From Caldisericia bacterium (GTDB taxonomy: Bacteria; Caldisericota; Caldisericia; JAAYUI01), in the NCBI GenBank assembly GCA_963674785.1, contig OY771555.1:928001-992000 (forward strand): a stretch of DNA of 64,000 nt. The letters are read 5' to 3'. Below are positions 37,802-46,756 of the stretch, in pieces; within the stretch, counting starts at the first letter, position 1, and each line of letters starts with the position of its first letter. Both the position numbers and the translations under genes were made by a program. Under the pieces are notes generated by a model. It made no database searches and had not been told where the DNA came from. It worked only from the letters and a program-made list of their open reading frames with translations.

Positions 37802-39167
37802 ATAAAACAGCTTCTGCCAAATCTTCGTCTTGATGATCAAAAACTGTCCTCACGTCAAGAATTACTTTGTCATCAATGATGTGACCGATTACTGGAGTGT
37901 CTGCATTTCTTAATTTTGCAAGCATTGTTTGAGCAGAACCCTCAGGTGTGAGTTCTATTGCCCATGATTCAAAGTCGATATCTGGAAGTGAGCCTCCACC
38001 CATCTGTCCAGTGACTGGAATAACTTTTGGTGAGAACTTCTTAGTTTTAGATACTATCATTGAGTAAAGTTTATCAGCATGTAGTTTTAGTTCATCTGTT
38101 TCAATTGTTATCATTCTCATGACAGGATTTCTTTTTATGACTTCTGAGTCAGGAAGTAACCATAGTCTGAGAGTTTCTTCAATCATGCAGATGTGTGCTT
38201 TTGATAATCTATATGATCTCATGAGCGGATGTTTACCAATCCTGCTGAGATATTCCTCTCGACCGATAATGAATCCAGCTTGAGTTCCGCCAAGAAGTTT
38301 GTCCCCAGAAAAAAGCACAATGTCTGCACCTTTTTCAAGTGACTCTCTGCAGTTCGGCTCTTCTCTGAAATATTTGTGAGAGAGTGGTTTAAGAAGCCCT
38401 GAGCCAATATCATGTGCAAAAGGAGTACTATGTCTTTTTGCAAGTTCTGCTAATTCATCTTCTGCTGGGACTGATGAAAAACCCCGGATTGCATAGTTTG
38501 AGGGATGAATTTTGAGGATTAACGCGGTGTTTTCATTTATTGCTTCCTCGTAGTCTCTCAGGTGAGTTCTATTTGTTGTTCCAACCTCACGAAGGATTGC
38601 ACCTGATTGTCTCATGATATCGGGGATTCTAAATGATCCACCCAGTTCGATGAGTTCTCCTCTTGAAACAATTACTTCACGACCTTCAGCGAGAACTTTC
38701 AACATTAGAAGGACTCCTGCAGCATTGTTGTTTACAAGAACGCCAGCCTCTGCACCTGTTACGAGTTTGATTAGCTCCTTAACGTGTGAACCACGTTTGC
38801 CACGTTTTCCTGTTTCAAGGTCAAATTCGAGATTGCTGTAGTTGCAGGAGATTTGCTGGAGTCTGAGATTTTCTGCCATTGGAGCTCTTCCAAGGTTTGT
38901 GTGAAGAACAATTCCGGTTGCATTTATGATTGGTTTAAGTGAACTTTTCTTTAGGATTCCGAGATTTTTATCGAGAGCATTCAAGATTGCTTTTGGGATA
39001 TTTTCTTTTATCTTGCCAGAACCAATCTCTTTTCTGACCTCATCAATTGATTTTTTGACAAGTCTTGAAACAATTTCTGGATTGAATCTCTCAAATTCTC
39101 TTTTGAAATCCGGATCGTCAATTATTGAAGAAATCTGTGGAATTTCTTTAAAAAGCTCGTTACTCAT
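37785..39167 (-). CDS. selA: L-seryl-tRNA(Sec) selenium transferase
   Basis: INATGIVLHTNLGRA, YSNLEFDL, VNNNAA, SRGELIELGGSFRIPD, FSGDKLLGG and GGGSLP. Confidence 0.93.
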   Translation of the reverse strand: MSNELFKEIPQISSIIDDPDFKREFERFNPEIVSRLVKKSIDEVRKEIGSGKIKENIPKAILNALDKNLGILKKSSLKPIINATGIVLHTNLGRAPMAENLRLQQISCNYSNLEFDLETGKRGKRGSHVKELIKLVTGAEAGVLVNNNAAGVLLMLKVLAEGREVIVSRGELIELGGSFRIPDIMRQSGAILREVGTTNRTHLRDYEEAINENTALILKIHPSNYAIRGFSSVPAEDELAELAKRHSTPFAHDIGSGLLKPLSHKYFREEPNCRESLEKGADIVLFSGDKLLGGTQAGFIIGREEYLSRIGKHPLMRSYRLSKAHICMIEETLRLWLLPDSEVIKRNPVMRMITIETDELKLHADKLYSMIVSKTKKFSPKVIPVTGQMGGGSLPDIDFESWAIELTPEGSAQTMLAKLRNADTPVIGHIIDDKVILDVRTVFDHQDEDLAEAVLYVSKN

Positions 39168-39298
39168 AAACCCAACCTCCAATCACCTATGATATTAAAA
39201 GGATAATCATGAAATGACAAGATTTGCATTTTTAGATGACTTTTTTCTACCAACTCTCGTATAAGTTGAAAAGGAAAAACTGGAAAGGAGAAGTTGCC

Positions 39299-40591
39299 AT
39301 GAATAAGAGCCAGTCTAATGTTTTAATTTTTGTGATTGTTGGTGTACTTTTGGTTTCACTCATACCGATAGGTTTTGCAGAATCACATTCTTTTATGGTT
39401 TTGGTTGGAGAAGGTTACAATATTGTTGATACAAATCAGGTAAATTGTTATGACAACAGTGGGATAATGAATAATCCCTCAAAAAGTTCCAATTTTTATG
39501 GTCAGGATGCTCAGCATGATGGGAATCAGCCAAGATATGAGTTAATTGATGATGATATTGTGCTTGACCTTGTAACAGGTCTTATGTGGCAGCGTGATCC
39601 TGATGAAAAGATGAGTTTTGATGATGCTGTTTCTGATGCTGATGATTTTGAGCTTGGTGGTTTTGATGACTGGAGACTTCCATCTATCAAAGAATTGTAC
39701 TCACTGATTGATTTTTCGGGCTATTGTGGACGTTCTGCGTCGGAATCAAAACCTTTTATTGATACAGATTATTTTGTGTTTGAGTTTGGTGATGAGAGCA
39801 AAGGTGAAAGACACATTGATTCACAGTATTGGTCATCAACTGAATATCTTTCTACCACAATGGGAGGGAACAAAACAACATTCGGCGTTAATTTTGCTGA
39901 TGGTCGAATAAAGGGATATCCGCAATCAGCACCGCAAGGAGCACCAGGAGGGGGTCAACCAGGTGGAGGTGGAGCTAGACCTAATTCGACTTCTGCCACA
40001 AAGAAACTCAATTTTGTAATGTATGTCCGAGGCAATATAGATTATGGAATCAATGATTTCAGAGATAATGATGACAGTACTATCACTGATAGAGCAACAG
40101 GTCTCATGTGGACAAAGGATGATAGCGGAAAAGGAATGATTTGGAAAGACGCACTTGCCTGGGTTCAGAAGAAAAACAAAGAGAACTATTTAGGCCATGA
40201 TGACTGGAGGCTTCCAAATATCAAGGAGCTTCAAAGCATTGTTGACTATTCAAGATGTCCTGCTGTAACAGACAGTGCGGCTATCGACCCAGTGTTTGAC
40301 ATCACAAAAGTCGGAGATAACTACCCTTATTTCTGGTCAAGCACAACACATCTTGATGGCCCAAAAGATAAGCAAGGGTCAACTGCTTGTTACATTGCTT
40401 TTGGCGAGGCAAGAGGATATATGGGGCCGCCAAATGGCGGAGACAAAAAGCTGATGGATGTTCATGGCGCAGGTGCTCAAAGGAGTGACCCAAAGACCGG
40501 TGATCCCGATGATTATCCAGAAGGACATGGCCCTCAGGGTGATGTCATTAATATCTATAATTTTGTAAGACTCGTAAGGGATGTTGACTGA
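39299..40591 (+). CDS. Secreted DUF1566 (Lcl C-terminal domain) protein, two repeats
   Basis: Two copies of D..TGLMW...DDWRLP.IKEL.S; signal peptide; AAGGAG RBS. Confidence 0.85.
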   Translation: MNKSQSNVLIFVIVGVLLVSLIPIGFAESHSFMVLVGEGYNIVDTNQVNCYDNSGIMNNPSKSSNFYGQDAQHDGNQPRYELIDDDIVLDLVTGLMWQRDPDEKMSFDDAVSDADDFELGGFDDWRLPSIKELYSLIDFSGYCGRSASESKPFIDTDYFVFEFGDESKGERHIDSQYWSSTEYLSTTMGGNKTTFGVNFADGRIKGYPQSAPQGAPGGGQPGGGGARPNSTSATKKLNFVMYVRGNIDYGINDFRDNDDSTITDRATGLMWTKDDSGKGMIWKDALAWVQKKNKENYLGHDDWRLPNIKELQSIVDYSRCPAVTDSAAIDPVFDITKVGDNYPYFWSSTTHLDGPKDKQGSTACYIAFGEARGYMGPPNGGDKKLMDVHGAGAQRSDPKTGDPDDYPEGHGPQGDVINIYNFVRLVRDVD

Positions 40592-40637
40592 CTAGACCTC
40601 CAAAGCTAGCAACGATCCCCCACTTCTTTATGTTAGG

Positions 40638-40675
40638 AGTCCCTGACGCCCCCTAGTCGGGGACTTACCTTTTTT
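40638..40675 (+). terminator. GC-rich hairpin terminator
   Basis: AGTCCCTGAC-gcccccta-GTCGGGGACT followed by TACCTTTTTT. Confidence 0.6.
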
Positions 40676-40677
40676 GC

Positions 40678-40737
40678 TACTCTTCAAAGATCTTTTCAAA
40701 ATCACTTCTATTCAATCCGCCCTATGTTGGACTTTTT
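40678..40737 (-). pseudogene. Remnant of the 3' end of a pyrimidine-dimer glycosylase gene; direct repeat of 42262-42320
   Basis: 30 bp identical (40678-40707 = 42262-42291), then a 1-nt indel and 24/29 identity; reads KSPT*GGLNRSDFEKIFEE*. Confidence 0.7.
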
Positions 40738-40848
40738 GCGCCTTTTGATCGATAGAGATTGACATAAGAGCCTCGAATCATAAAATATGTAGGTATTAGG
40801 TTGTCGGGTTTAAATGATTTTGTAGCTGGTTTATACAGGAGGAACATT

Positions 40849-41121
40849 ATGGGTGTGAAGTACATTGTTTTTGATTTGTCAAATGCCACATCTGATGATT
40901 ATAGATTGATCAAAAAGAGAATAGACAAATTTTATCCGGACAATATTCATCCGTTAAATACAACTTATTATGTAGCAACTGACGATTCTTGCAGAGATGT
41001 TTTTTTCAATATCGAGGAAGCATTCATGGGTGCTGATTACAAATTAATTGTTGGTGTACATGCAGGGAGTTATTCATCAGACAACTTAGATGTTGCTTCT
41101 TGGCTGAAAAAGCATAGGTAA
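40849..41121 (+). CDS. Small ferredoxin-fold protein, Cas2/VapD-like pattern
   Basis: YIVFDL...DY..I...HPLNTTYYV...WLK pattern; AGGAGG RBS; promoter TTGACA(40759)...TAAAAT(40781). Confidence 0.6.
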   Translation: MGVKYIVFDLSNATSDDYRLIKKRIDKFYPDNIHPLNTTYYVATDDSCRDVFFNIEEAFMGADYKLIVGVHAGSYSSDNLDVASWLKKHR

Positions 41122-41142
41122 GCGATTTCTTTTAATAAGTGT

Positions 41143-41835
41143 CTATTTTGGGTCGATGTCTTTGACCATATCCAGCTGGACTTTTTGAATCTCCATTAAC
41201 ATTTGCCAGTTGTTTTTTATAAAGCTATCGAGTTTTTCATGTAACATTCTTATCTCAAGTTCAGCTTTCAGGTTTATTTTGTAATCGTTTACAGATCTGA
41301 TTCTATCCCTTTTTTCTTGCCTGTTTTGACTCATCATGATTATTGGAGCTTGCAGGGCTGCAATACATGAGAGAGCGAGGTTTAACAGTATAAATGGGTA
41401 TGGATCGAATCTTCCGAAAATCAAGAAAATAGAATTGCTGATAATCCACAGCAAGATGATGCTACAGAAAATTATTATGAATTTCCAGCTTCCTGCAAAT
41501 GTTGCCAACTTATCTGAAACCATGTCGGCAAAAGTTCTATTTTCGTCTATATCCTCATCAATGTTTTCTGAAATGAGACCTTTTTCCTGTATGCTTTCTA
41601 TTACATCTATGACATCTTTGTTATCACCATCGGTATGTTTTTCTAGAAGCCCCTTTATGTATTTTGCCCTATATTCATTTAGATCTTCTGCACAAATATA
41701 ATCATAATCCTCGATGTTGGGGTAATCCTTTTTTATGACATCAAGAATTTGAATGCTGACGAAAGATAGAGGGAAGAGCCTCTGCTTTGGTTTTCTTGGG
41801 TCACAATTGCATATTATATTCTTTTGTTTTTCCAT
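41143..41835 (-). CDS. DUF1003 membrane protein
   Basis: FAGSWKFI, FDPYPFILLNLALSCIAALQAPIIMMSQNRQ and DYKINLKAELEI. Confidence 0.9.
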   Translation of the reverse strand: MEKQKNIICNCDPRKPKQRLFPLSFVSIQILDVIKKDYPNIEDYDYICAEDLNEYRAKYIKGLLEKHTDGDNKDVIDVIESIQEKGLISENIDEDIDENRTFADMVSDKLATFAGSWKFIIIFCSIILLWIISNSIFLIFGRFDPYPFILLNLALSCIAALQAPIIMMSQNRQEKRDRIRSVNDYKINLKAELEIRMLHEKLDSFIKNNWQMLMEIQKVQLDMVKDIDPK

Positions 41836-41898
41836 TTATACCTCCATTTATGTGATCCCCTTATTGTAATTAAGAAACTAGTGCAGTAAAATTATAGT

Positions 41899-42213
41899 AT
41901 GAGTCAGTATGAAAGAGTTGTTGACATCGTAAAAGAGCTCAAAAAAGGTCTCAAGTCAAATGATTTAGATGAAAATCAGTTGGGACATCGATTGAATGAA
42001 ATTTTGCTCGAACTCGAATCGCAAGATGTGAAAGAAGATAGTCTGATGGTTTTTGTCCAGAAAATATTGAAAAATCAGTCTGATATTATTGGAAGAATAG
42101 AAAAAATTGAGAGAAGTATCAAATCCAATCGAGACTTGATAGATGAAGTCAATGAAAGAGCTGATAAATATTCTGAACTACTTCTCTCCTTATTTAAAAA
42201 GCAGAACAAATAA
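41899..42213 (+). CDS. Hypothetical coiled-coil protein
   Basis: Heptad-rich ORF; TAAAAT-N6-ATG. Confidence 0.6.
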   Translation: MSQYERVVDIVKELKKGLKSNDLDENQLGHRLNEILLELESQDVKEDSLMVFVQKILKNQSDIIGRIEKIERSIKSNRDLIDEVNERADKYSELLLSLFKKQNK

Positions 42214-42730
42214 GATAGTGGGTTTTTGAAAGTCTCCCAAGTTTTTTCTGTTGGCTACTGTTACTCTTCAAAGATCTTTTCAAAATCACTTTAGTCAATC
42301 CTCCCCATGTAGGGCTTTTTTTGTCACCCTTCCATTTGGTGATAAGAGTTTTTCTGTATGCTTCAAATGTTGGTAGGTTTTTGTATGGTGTACAGTTGTG
42401 GAAATCATGTTCCTCAAGAACCCAATCCCCCGATTGAATTGATTTGAATCTTTCCTCTGTTTTGTGTAGTTTGCAGTTTGGGAAACGAGTTTTTCGTTCA
42501 TCACACAAAGCCTTCAAATAATCAACTGTCCAGAAGTAGTGCATTCTGCTTTTGAGAAGCCACTTTACAAGTGGATGATTAACATGCGTTGGTTTATATG
42601 GTTTATCAATCAACTCAGGATACGCTGTAGACAGAAGCTGTGCAGACTCAACAATGATTTTATTCAACCTCAAATCATCCAGGTGTTTTGCACAAATCTT
42701 TGGGTTTATGTTTGTTATAAAAAGCTGCAT
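42194..42730 (-). CDS. Pyrimidine dimer DNA glycosylase / T4 endonuclease V-like protein; C-terminus probably frameshift-extended
   Basis: MQLF...AKHLDDLRLNK.IVESAQLLST...YKPTHVNHP...W motif. Confidence 0.75.
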   Translation of the reverse strand: MQLFITNINPKICAKHLDDLRLNKIIVESAQLLSTAYPELIDKPYKPTHVNHPLVKWLLKSRMHYFWTVDYLKALCDERKTRFPNCKLHKTEERFKSIQSGDWVLEEHDFHNCTPYKNLPTFEAYRKTLITKWKGDKKSPTWGGLTKVILKRSLKSNSSQQKKLGRLSKTHYLICSAF

Positions 42731-42736
42731 ATATTA

Positions 42737-42773
42737 AAAAAACACACCTCTTTTTCAAAAGAGGTGTGTTTTT
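42737..42773. terminator. Intrinsic terminator
   Basis: AAAAACACACCTCTTTT-tc-AAAAGAGGTGTGTTTTT. Confidence 0.8.
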
Positions 42774-42785
42774 AGACAGTATTTT

Positions 42786-42953
42786 TTACTTGTCCGTAAA
42801 CGGGATTATTACAGCAATGATACCTATTACGACCTTCGCAACTGCGTGCCACATTGGCTCAGAGCCTATAGCAAGCGAGGGAATAAGTGCCATTACACCC
42901 ATAATAACCAAGATGATTCCAACAATGACCAGTGATACCTTAGATAAACTCAC
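42786..42953 (-). CDS. 55-aa two-TM membrane protein (copy 1)
   Basis: GTG start with AAGGGGG RBS; near-identical to 43082-43249. Confidence 0.75.
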   Translation of the reverse strand: MSLSKVSLVIVGIILVIMGVMALIPSLAIGSEPMWHAVAKVVIGIIAVIIPFTDK

Positions 42954-42984
42954 AGAATTACCCCCTTTGTCTCTTGATGTTGTA

Positions 42985-43013
42985 ATTATAGCAAGAAAGC
43001 CTGTATGTGTCAA
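42985..43013 (-). promoter_or_regulatory. Perfect consensus sigma70 promoter
   Basis: TTGACA-N17-TATAAT with extended TG. Confidence 0.8.
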
Positions 43014-43081
43014 ACATTGTTGTGTTTGTTACGCTTGATTTAACGCTGCTTAGCTTACAGAAAACTCTTAGATATGGACAA

Positions 43082-43249
43082 TCATTTATCGGTAAGTGGG
43101 ATTATGATCACAACAAAACCGATCATGATCTTTGCGATGGCATGCCACACTGGTTCAAAACCCAGTGCAAGTGAAGGAATTAGACCCATTATGCCCATTA
43201 TTACTAAAATGATTCCAACGATAACAAGCGTTACTTTAGGTAAACTCAT
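43082..43249 (-). CDS. 55-aa two-TM membrane protein (copy 2)
   Basis: MSLPKVTLVIVGIILVIMGIMGLIPSLALGFEPVWHAIAKIMIGFVVIIIPLTDK. Confidence 0.75.
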   Translation of the reverse strand: MSLPKVTLVIVGIILVIMGIMGLIPSLALGFEPVWHAIAKIMIGFVVIIIPLTDK

Positions 43250-43280
43250 AGAATTGCCTTCTTTATTTTTTAGTAGCTTG

Positions 43281-43331
43281 ATTATAGGTTGAAATGCGGG
43301 ATTTGTCAAAAATTTATCAGTTAGTTATAAT
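43281..43331. promoter_or_regulatory. Back-to-back overlapping sigma70 promoters
   Basis: Minus strand TTGACA(43309-43304)-N17-TATAAT(43286-43281); plus strand TTGTCA(43303)-N17-TATAAT(43326). Confidence 0.75.
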
Positions 43332-43352
43332 CGATACAAAGGGGTAACATCT

Positions 43353-44327
43353 ATGATAAAAAATATGTGGTACGCTGTTTTGGACTCAAAAGAAGTGCCA
43401 AAAGGGAAAATAGTTGGTGTCAAAAGATTGGGTCAAAAACTGGCGTTTTGGAGAAAAAATAACGGGCAGATCGCCTGTATTATTGATAAGTGCTGTCACA
43501 GAGGTGCATCGATTAGTAAAGGAAAGATTGTCTCTGAACGTGCTCAGTGCCCATTTCATGGATTTGAATATGATTCAGATGGAAGGGTGAAGGTGATCCC
43601 GGCAAATGGAAGAACAGCTCAAGTTCCAGAAAGATTTAGAGTTGATGCCTATCCTGTAAAAGAAAAATATGGATTCATCTGGGTATTTTGGGGAATACCA
43701 TCCGGTGAACTGCAGGAGATCCCATTCTTTGATGATCTGAAAGAAGGGTTTTATTATTCTCAGCTAAAAGATAAGTGGAGTGTCGATTACACAAGGTGCA
43801 TCGAAAACCAGATGGATGTAGTCCATGTTCCCTTTGTCCACTACAACACCATTGGCAAATCTGGTAAAACTGTTGTTTATGGCCCAAGGACAAAATGGGA
43901 CGATAACAAACTGACATGGTATGTCAAGAATGTTGTTGATGATTGCAAGGTTAAAGCAAAACCAGCAGATGAGATGGGGGATGAAAAAGACCTCTTTTCT
44001 TTGGAATTTGTTATGCCAAATATATGGCACAACATAATTGCTGATAAAGTCAGAGTCTTTGCTGCATTTGCTCCGATTGATGATGAAAACACAATGATCT
44101 ATCTGCGTTTCTATCAGTCATTCATGCCTATATGGGGTTTAAGGCACATAGTAGGATTTTTCGGAAGGATTTCCAGCAAAATCATCCTCAGACAAGACAA
44201 AAGAGTTGTTGTCACTCAACTACCAAAAAAAAGCTTTATGAAAATGGACGAAAAGCTCATTCCAGGTGACAGACCCATTGCCGAGTTCAGAAGAAAAAGG
44301 GATGAGATGATAAAAGAGAATGAATAG
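43353..44327 (+). CDS. Rieske non-heme iron oxygenase alpha subunit (VanA-like)
   Basis: Rieske CCHRG...CPFHG; mononuclear Fe site ENQMDVVHVPFVH...QD. Confidence 0.9.
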   Translation: MIKNMWYAVLDSKEVPKGKIVGVKRLGQKLAFWRKNNGQIACIIDKCCHRGASISKGKIVSERAQCPFHGFEYDSDGRVKVIPANGRTAQVPERFRVDAYPVKEKYGFIWVFWGIPSGELQEIPFFDDLKEGFYYSQLKDKWSVDYTRCIENQMDVVHVPFVHYNTIGKSGKTVVYGPRTKWDDNKLTWYVKNVVDDCKVKAKPADEMGDEKDLFSLEFVMPNIWHNIIADKVRVFAAFAPIDDENTMIYLRFYQSFMPIWGLRHIVGFFGRISSKIILRQDKRVVVTQLPKKSFMKMDEKLIPGDRPIAEFRRKRDEMIKENE

Positions 44328-44449
44328 ATAATTCAAATCCTTAAAAAGGTGACAGTTAATGATATTGTGGAGGGATTGTAAATCTAGTTTGAGCAAAACT
44401 TTGTAATATTTGACTCCCAGATACTTTCTCCAGGTTCAGCGAATATTTA

Positions 44450-45382
44450 TTAGTTATTTTTTATTTTCGATATTAACTTGTCTACAAGCAATGGATCATC
44501 TGACATTAAGGCTACAATATTTGATAAGCTCAGACAAAATTCTTTGACCTGATTCTTATTGACATTATGCCATATTGGAAGAATAAGATTTTCATCACTA
44601 TCAATATTTTTTGCGAAAATTGATTCGAATTCTGCTTCTCCCCAGCCTTTGTTGTTGAGGAAATTTGGTGAAAGAACCAAAATACAATACTTGGTTTCTC
44701 TTAAGCCTTTTTCAATGCTTTTCCTTAGATTATCTCCAACTCCAAGCGAGAAGTCATCGTACCATACTGGGCAAAACCTCTGGGTTAGTTTTAATGCTAA
44801 ATCGCTTACCAAGACCTCTTTGTCACGAGAGTCGTGAGATATAAAAGCAAGCGGACTTCGATCTTTTGTTGTTGCATCCAAGTAGTTTTTGTCTCTGATA
44901 ACTGGGTATAAACCTGCCTTTTGGCCTAATTCTAAAAGAAAGTCTCTTTTGTTTTTTTCAATATATTTCTCAACATAGATGAACACTCTTTTGTTAAATT
45001 GGGTATCAGATAGTTTTTGATGATCACCAAATCCTTGATGGCCAGAAAGTACATCAAAACCACCATCGGGAGAGTTTAATTCCAGAGGCTTTTCTAGTCC
45101 AATCCCCTCTACTCTAATCTTTTTTCTTCTAGAAATATCATCTTTTCCCAAATCACATTTTTGCACATAATCTGTTTTGTATATTAGGTCGATGTACTCA
45201 GCATAGTGTGGGGTTTCGGGTATATATGACTTAACTAGTCTTGTATTATTATTTATATCGAAACACACTTTTAAAATTGCTGAGGGCAAAGGATTTTTGT
45301 TGTTGTCATTGAAGTTGAGTATTAATCCTTGGGTAAAAAAATTGCTTAAATCTCTTTCAAACAAATCTTTAACAGTATTCAT
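44450..45382 (-). CDS. TIR domain protein (unknown N-terminal domain + C-terminal TIR)
   Basis: AFISHDSRDK...VWYDDFSL.VGD...IEKGL...ILVLSPNFL...W.EAEF...ILPIWH; catalytic Glu apparently present; GGAGG RBS. Confidence 0.85.
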   Translation of the reverse strand: MNTVKDLFERDLSNFFTQGLILNFNDNNKNPLPSAILKVCFDINNNTRLVKSYIPETPHYAEYIDLIYKTDYVQKCDLGKDDISRRKKIRVEGIGLEKPLELNSPDGGFDVLSGHQGFGDHQKLSDTQFNKRVFIYVEKYIEKNKRDFLLELGQKAGLYPVIRDKNYLDATTKDRSPLAFISHDSRDKEVLVSDLALKLTQRFCPVWYDDFSLGVGDNLRKSIEKGLRETKYCILVLSPNFLNNKGWGEAEFESIFAKNIDSDENLILPIWHNVNKNQVKEFCLSLSNIVALMSDDPLLVDKLISKIKNN

Positions 45383-45405
45383 GCTCCTCCAATATCAATC
45401 AAGTA

Positions 45406-46743
45406 TTACTCCCTAATCTTCCCCAGAAGTTTTGGAATATCTTGATATTCTTCCACCCACAAAACATTCAAACCCAGCTCATTAAAGTCCTGGGTTTCGA
45501 GGTTTTTGGAAATCTCAAAGACCTCTCCTGAAATGTCCGCGGAGTTTTTGTCTTTCATGATGAGATAATGTTTCTTTTCGTGGTTGATGTTTTTCCTGTT
45601 TGAAACATCAAGAAGTCTTCTGAGGTTTGGGTCTGTCAGACTGAGACCAAGGAAAAGACAGGTGTTTTGGCTGTATTTGATGAGCTGAATGATGTTTGAC
45701 CAGCTATAAACATCCATTGTTTTGTTGTGATATGAGTCCTCGGAAAAAACAAGTTCTGTATCTTCTGGAATCTCACCTGTTCGAGGAAGGTACCCGTGAA
45801 CATGATAGATAGGGAGTTCATTCGGGTTGAAACGTACTCCATCATTGTAGATTGGTTTGAAATCAACCCTCAATTTTTGAAGCTCCTCCTCAATTAAGCC
45901 ATCAAAATTGAAAGTGATTATTGAATCAAGTGAACAACCGTTTCTCCTGCTTGGTTTTGAGAGCATCGCAATCTCTCTGATGAGGTCACATGTGCCGTTA
46001 CCACCCTTATATAGTGCAGCTCGAAGCTCCTCATTGAAAAAACTACCGAAATGGTTTTTAAGACTTTTGCCAAGGATGATTGGGGATTGGTTGTAATAGC
46101 TCAGGAAATCAGAGGCTTTTATTGGATTTTCTATGTTTAGGGCAAGTTGAGAGATCATCCGGTCGAGAAGGTCTTCTATCAGGTTGTTCCAGGTGGGAAT
46201 TCCTGCGCTAACAGAAACCCCAGCTCCACATACAAGCGACAAAGCACCATCATGGAAGGCATCTTGAAGATTTTCAATATATAGGTCATTGATGTTGTCT
46301 GGTCTTTTGATGAGTATTTCAGGTGGTGGACTTGCTTGTTCTCCACTTTCGAGTTTGCTTGCAAATTTGGCGAATGTTTCAAGCTGTTTATCAAAGTTTT
46401 CAGATAGGTCGATATAGACATTTGAAAACATCATCGGTGGAATCTCTGACATATCGATTTTATCAAACGTCAGAACATAAAGCTTCCTTGAATCAAATGT
46501 TCCGCCGAAATAATTGAGATATGTCAACCATACCTCTTTTGTGTTCATGTGCATTGTCTCGGCACTCAGAACAAGAAGCACCATCTCTGCTTTTTCATAA
46601 ACATCAAGAATCTCAGATGGTGTTTCCTCGTCTGGGTTTACATCAGAGACCTTAAAAACAGTATGCCCAAAGGCCTGGAGTTTTTCGGCTACTTGGTCAA
46701 CCCTGGCTTCGTCCTTGTGACCGTATTCAATGAATATATTCAT
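45406..46743 (-). CDS. TIR-like + SIR2 (SIR2_2) fusion protein
   Basis: N-terminal IFIEYGHKD...LLVLS...KEV TIR-like fold; SIR2 motifs GAGVS.SAGIPTW, IITFNFD, YHVHG and LFLGLSLTDPNL; own promoter TTGCGA-N17-TAAAAT-N6-ATG. Confidence 0.8.
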   Translation of the reverse strand: MNIFIEYGHKDEARVDQVAEKLQAFGHTVFKVSDVNPDEETPSEILDVYEKAEMVLLVLSAETMHMNTKEVWLTYLNYFGGTFDSRKLYVLTFDKIDMSEIPPMMFSNVYIDLSENFDKQLETFAKFASKLESGEQASPPPEILIKRPDNINDLYIENLQDAFHDGALSLVCGAGVSVSAGIPTWNNLIEDLLDRMISQLALNIENPIKASDFLSYYNQSPIILGKSLKNHFGSFFNEELRAALYKGGNGTCDLIREIAMLSKPSRRNGCSLDSIITFNFDGLIEEELQKLRVDFKPIYNDGVRFNPNELPIYHVHGYLPRTGEIPEDTELVFSEDSYHNKTMDVYSWSNIIQLIKYSQNTCLFLGLSLTDPNLRRLLDVSNRKNINHEKKHYLIMKDKNSADISGEVFEISKNLETQDFNELGLNVLWVEEYQDIPKLLGKIRE

Positions 46744-46756
46744 GTATTCATTTTAG

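Noticed and set aside
40585-40675. tRNA-Sec, 6S RNA, riboswitch or IS200/605 end
   Set aside because: No cloverleaf, T-loop, CCA or recognisable aptamer motif, and no transposase nearby; best explained as a terminator hairpin
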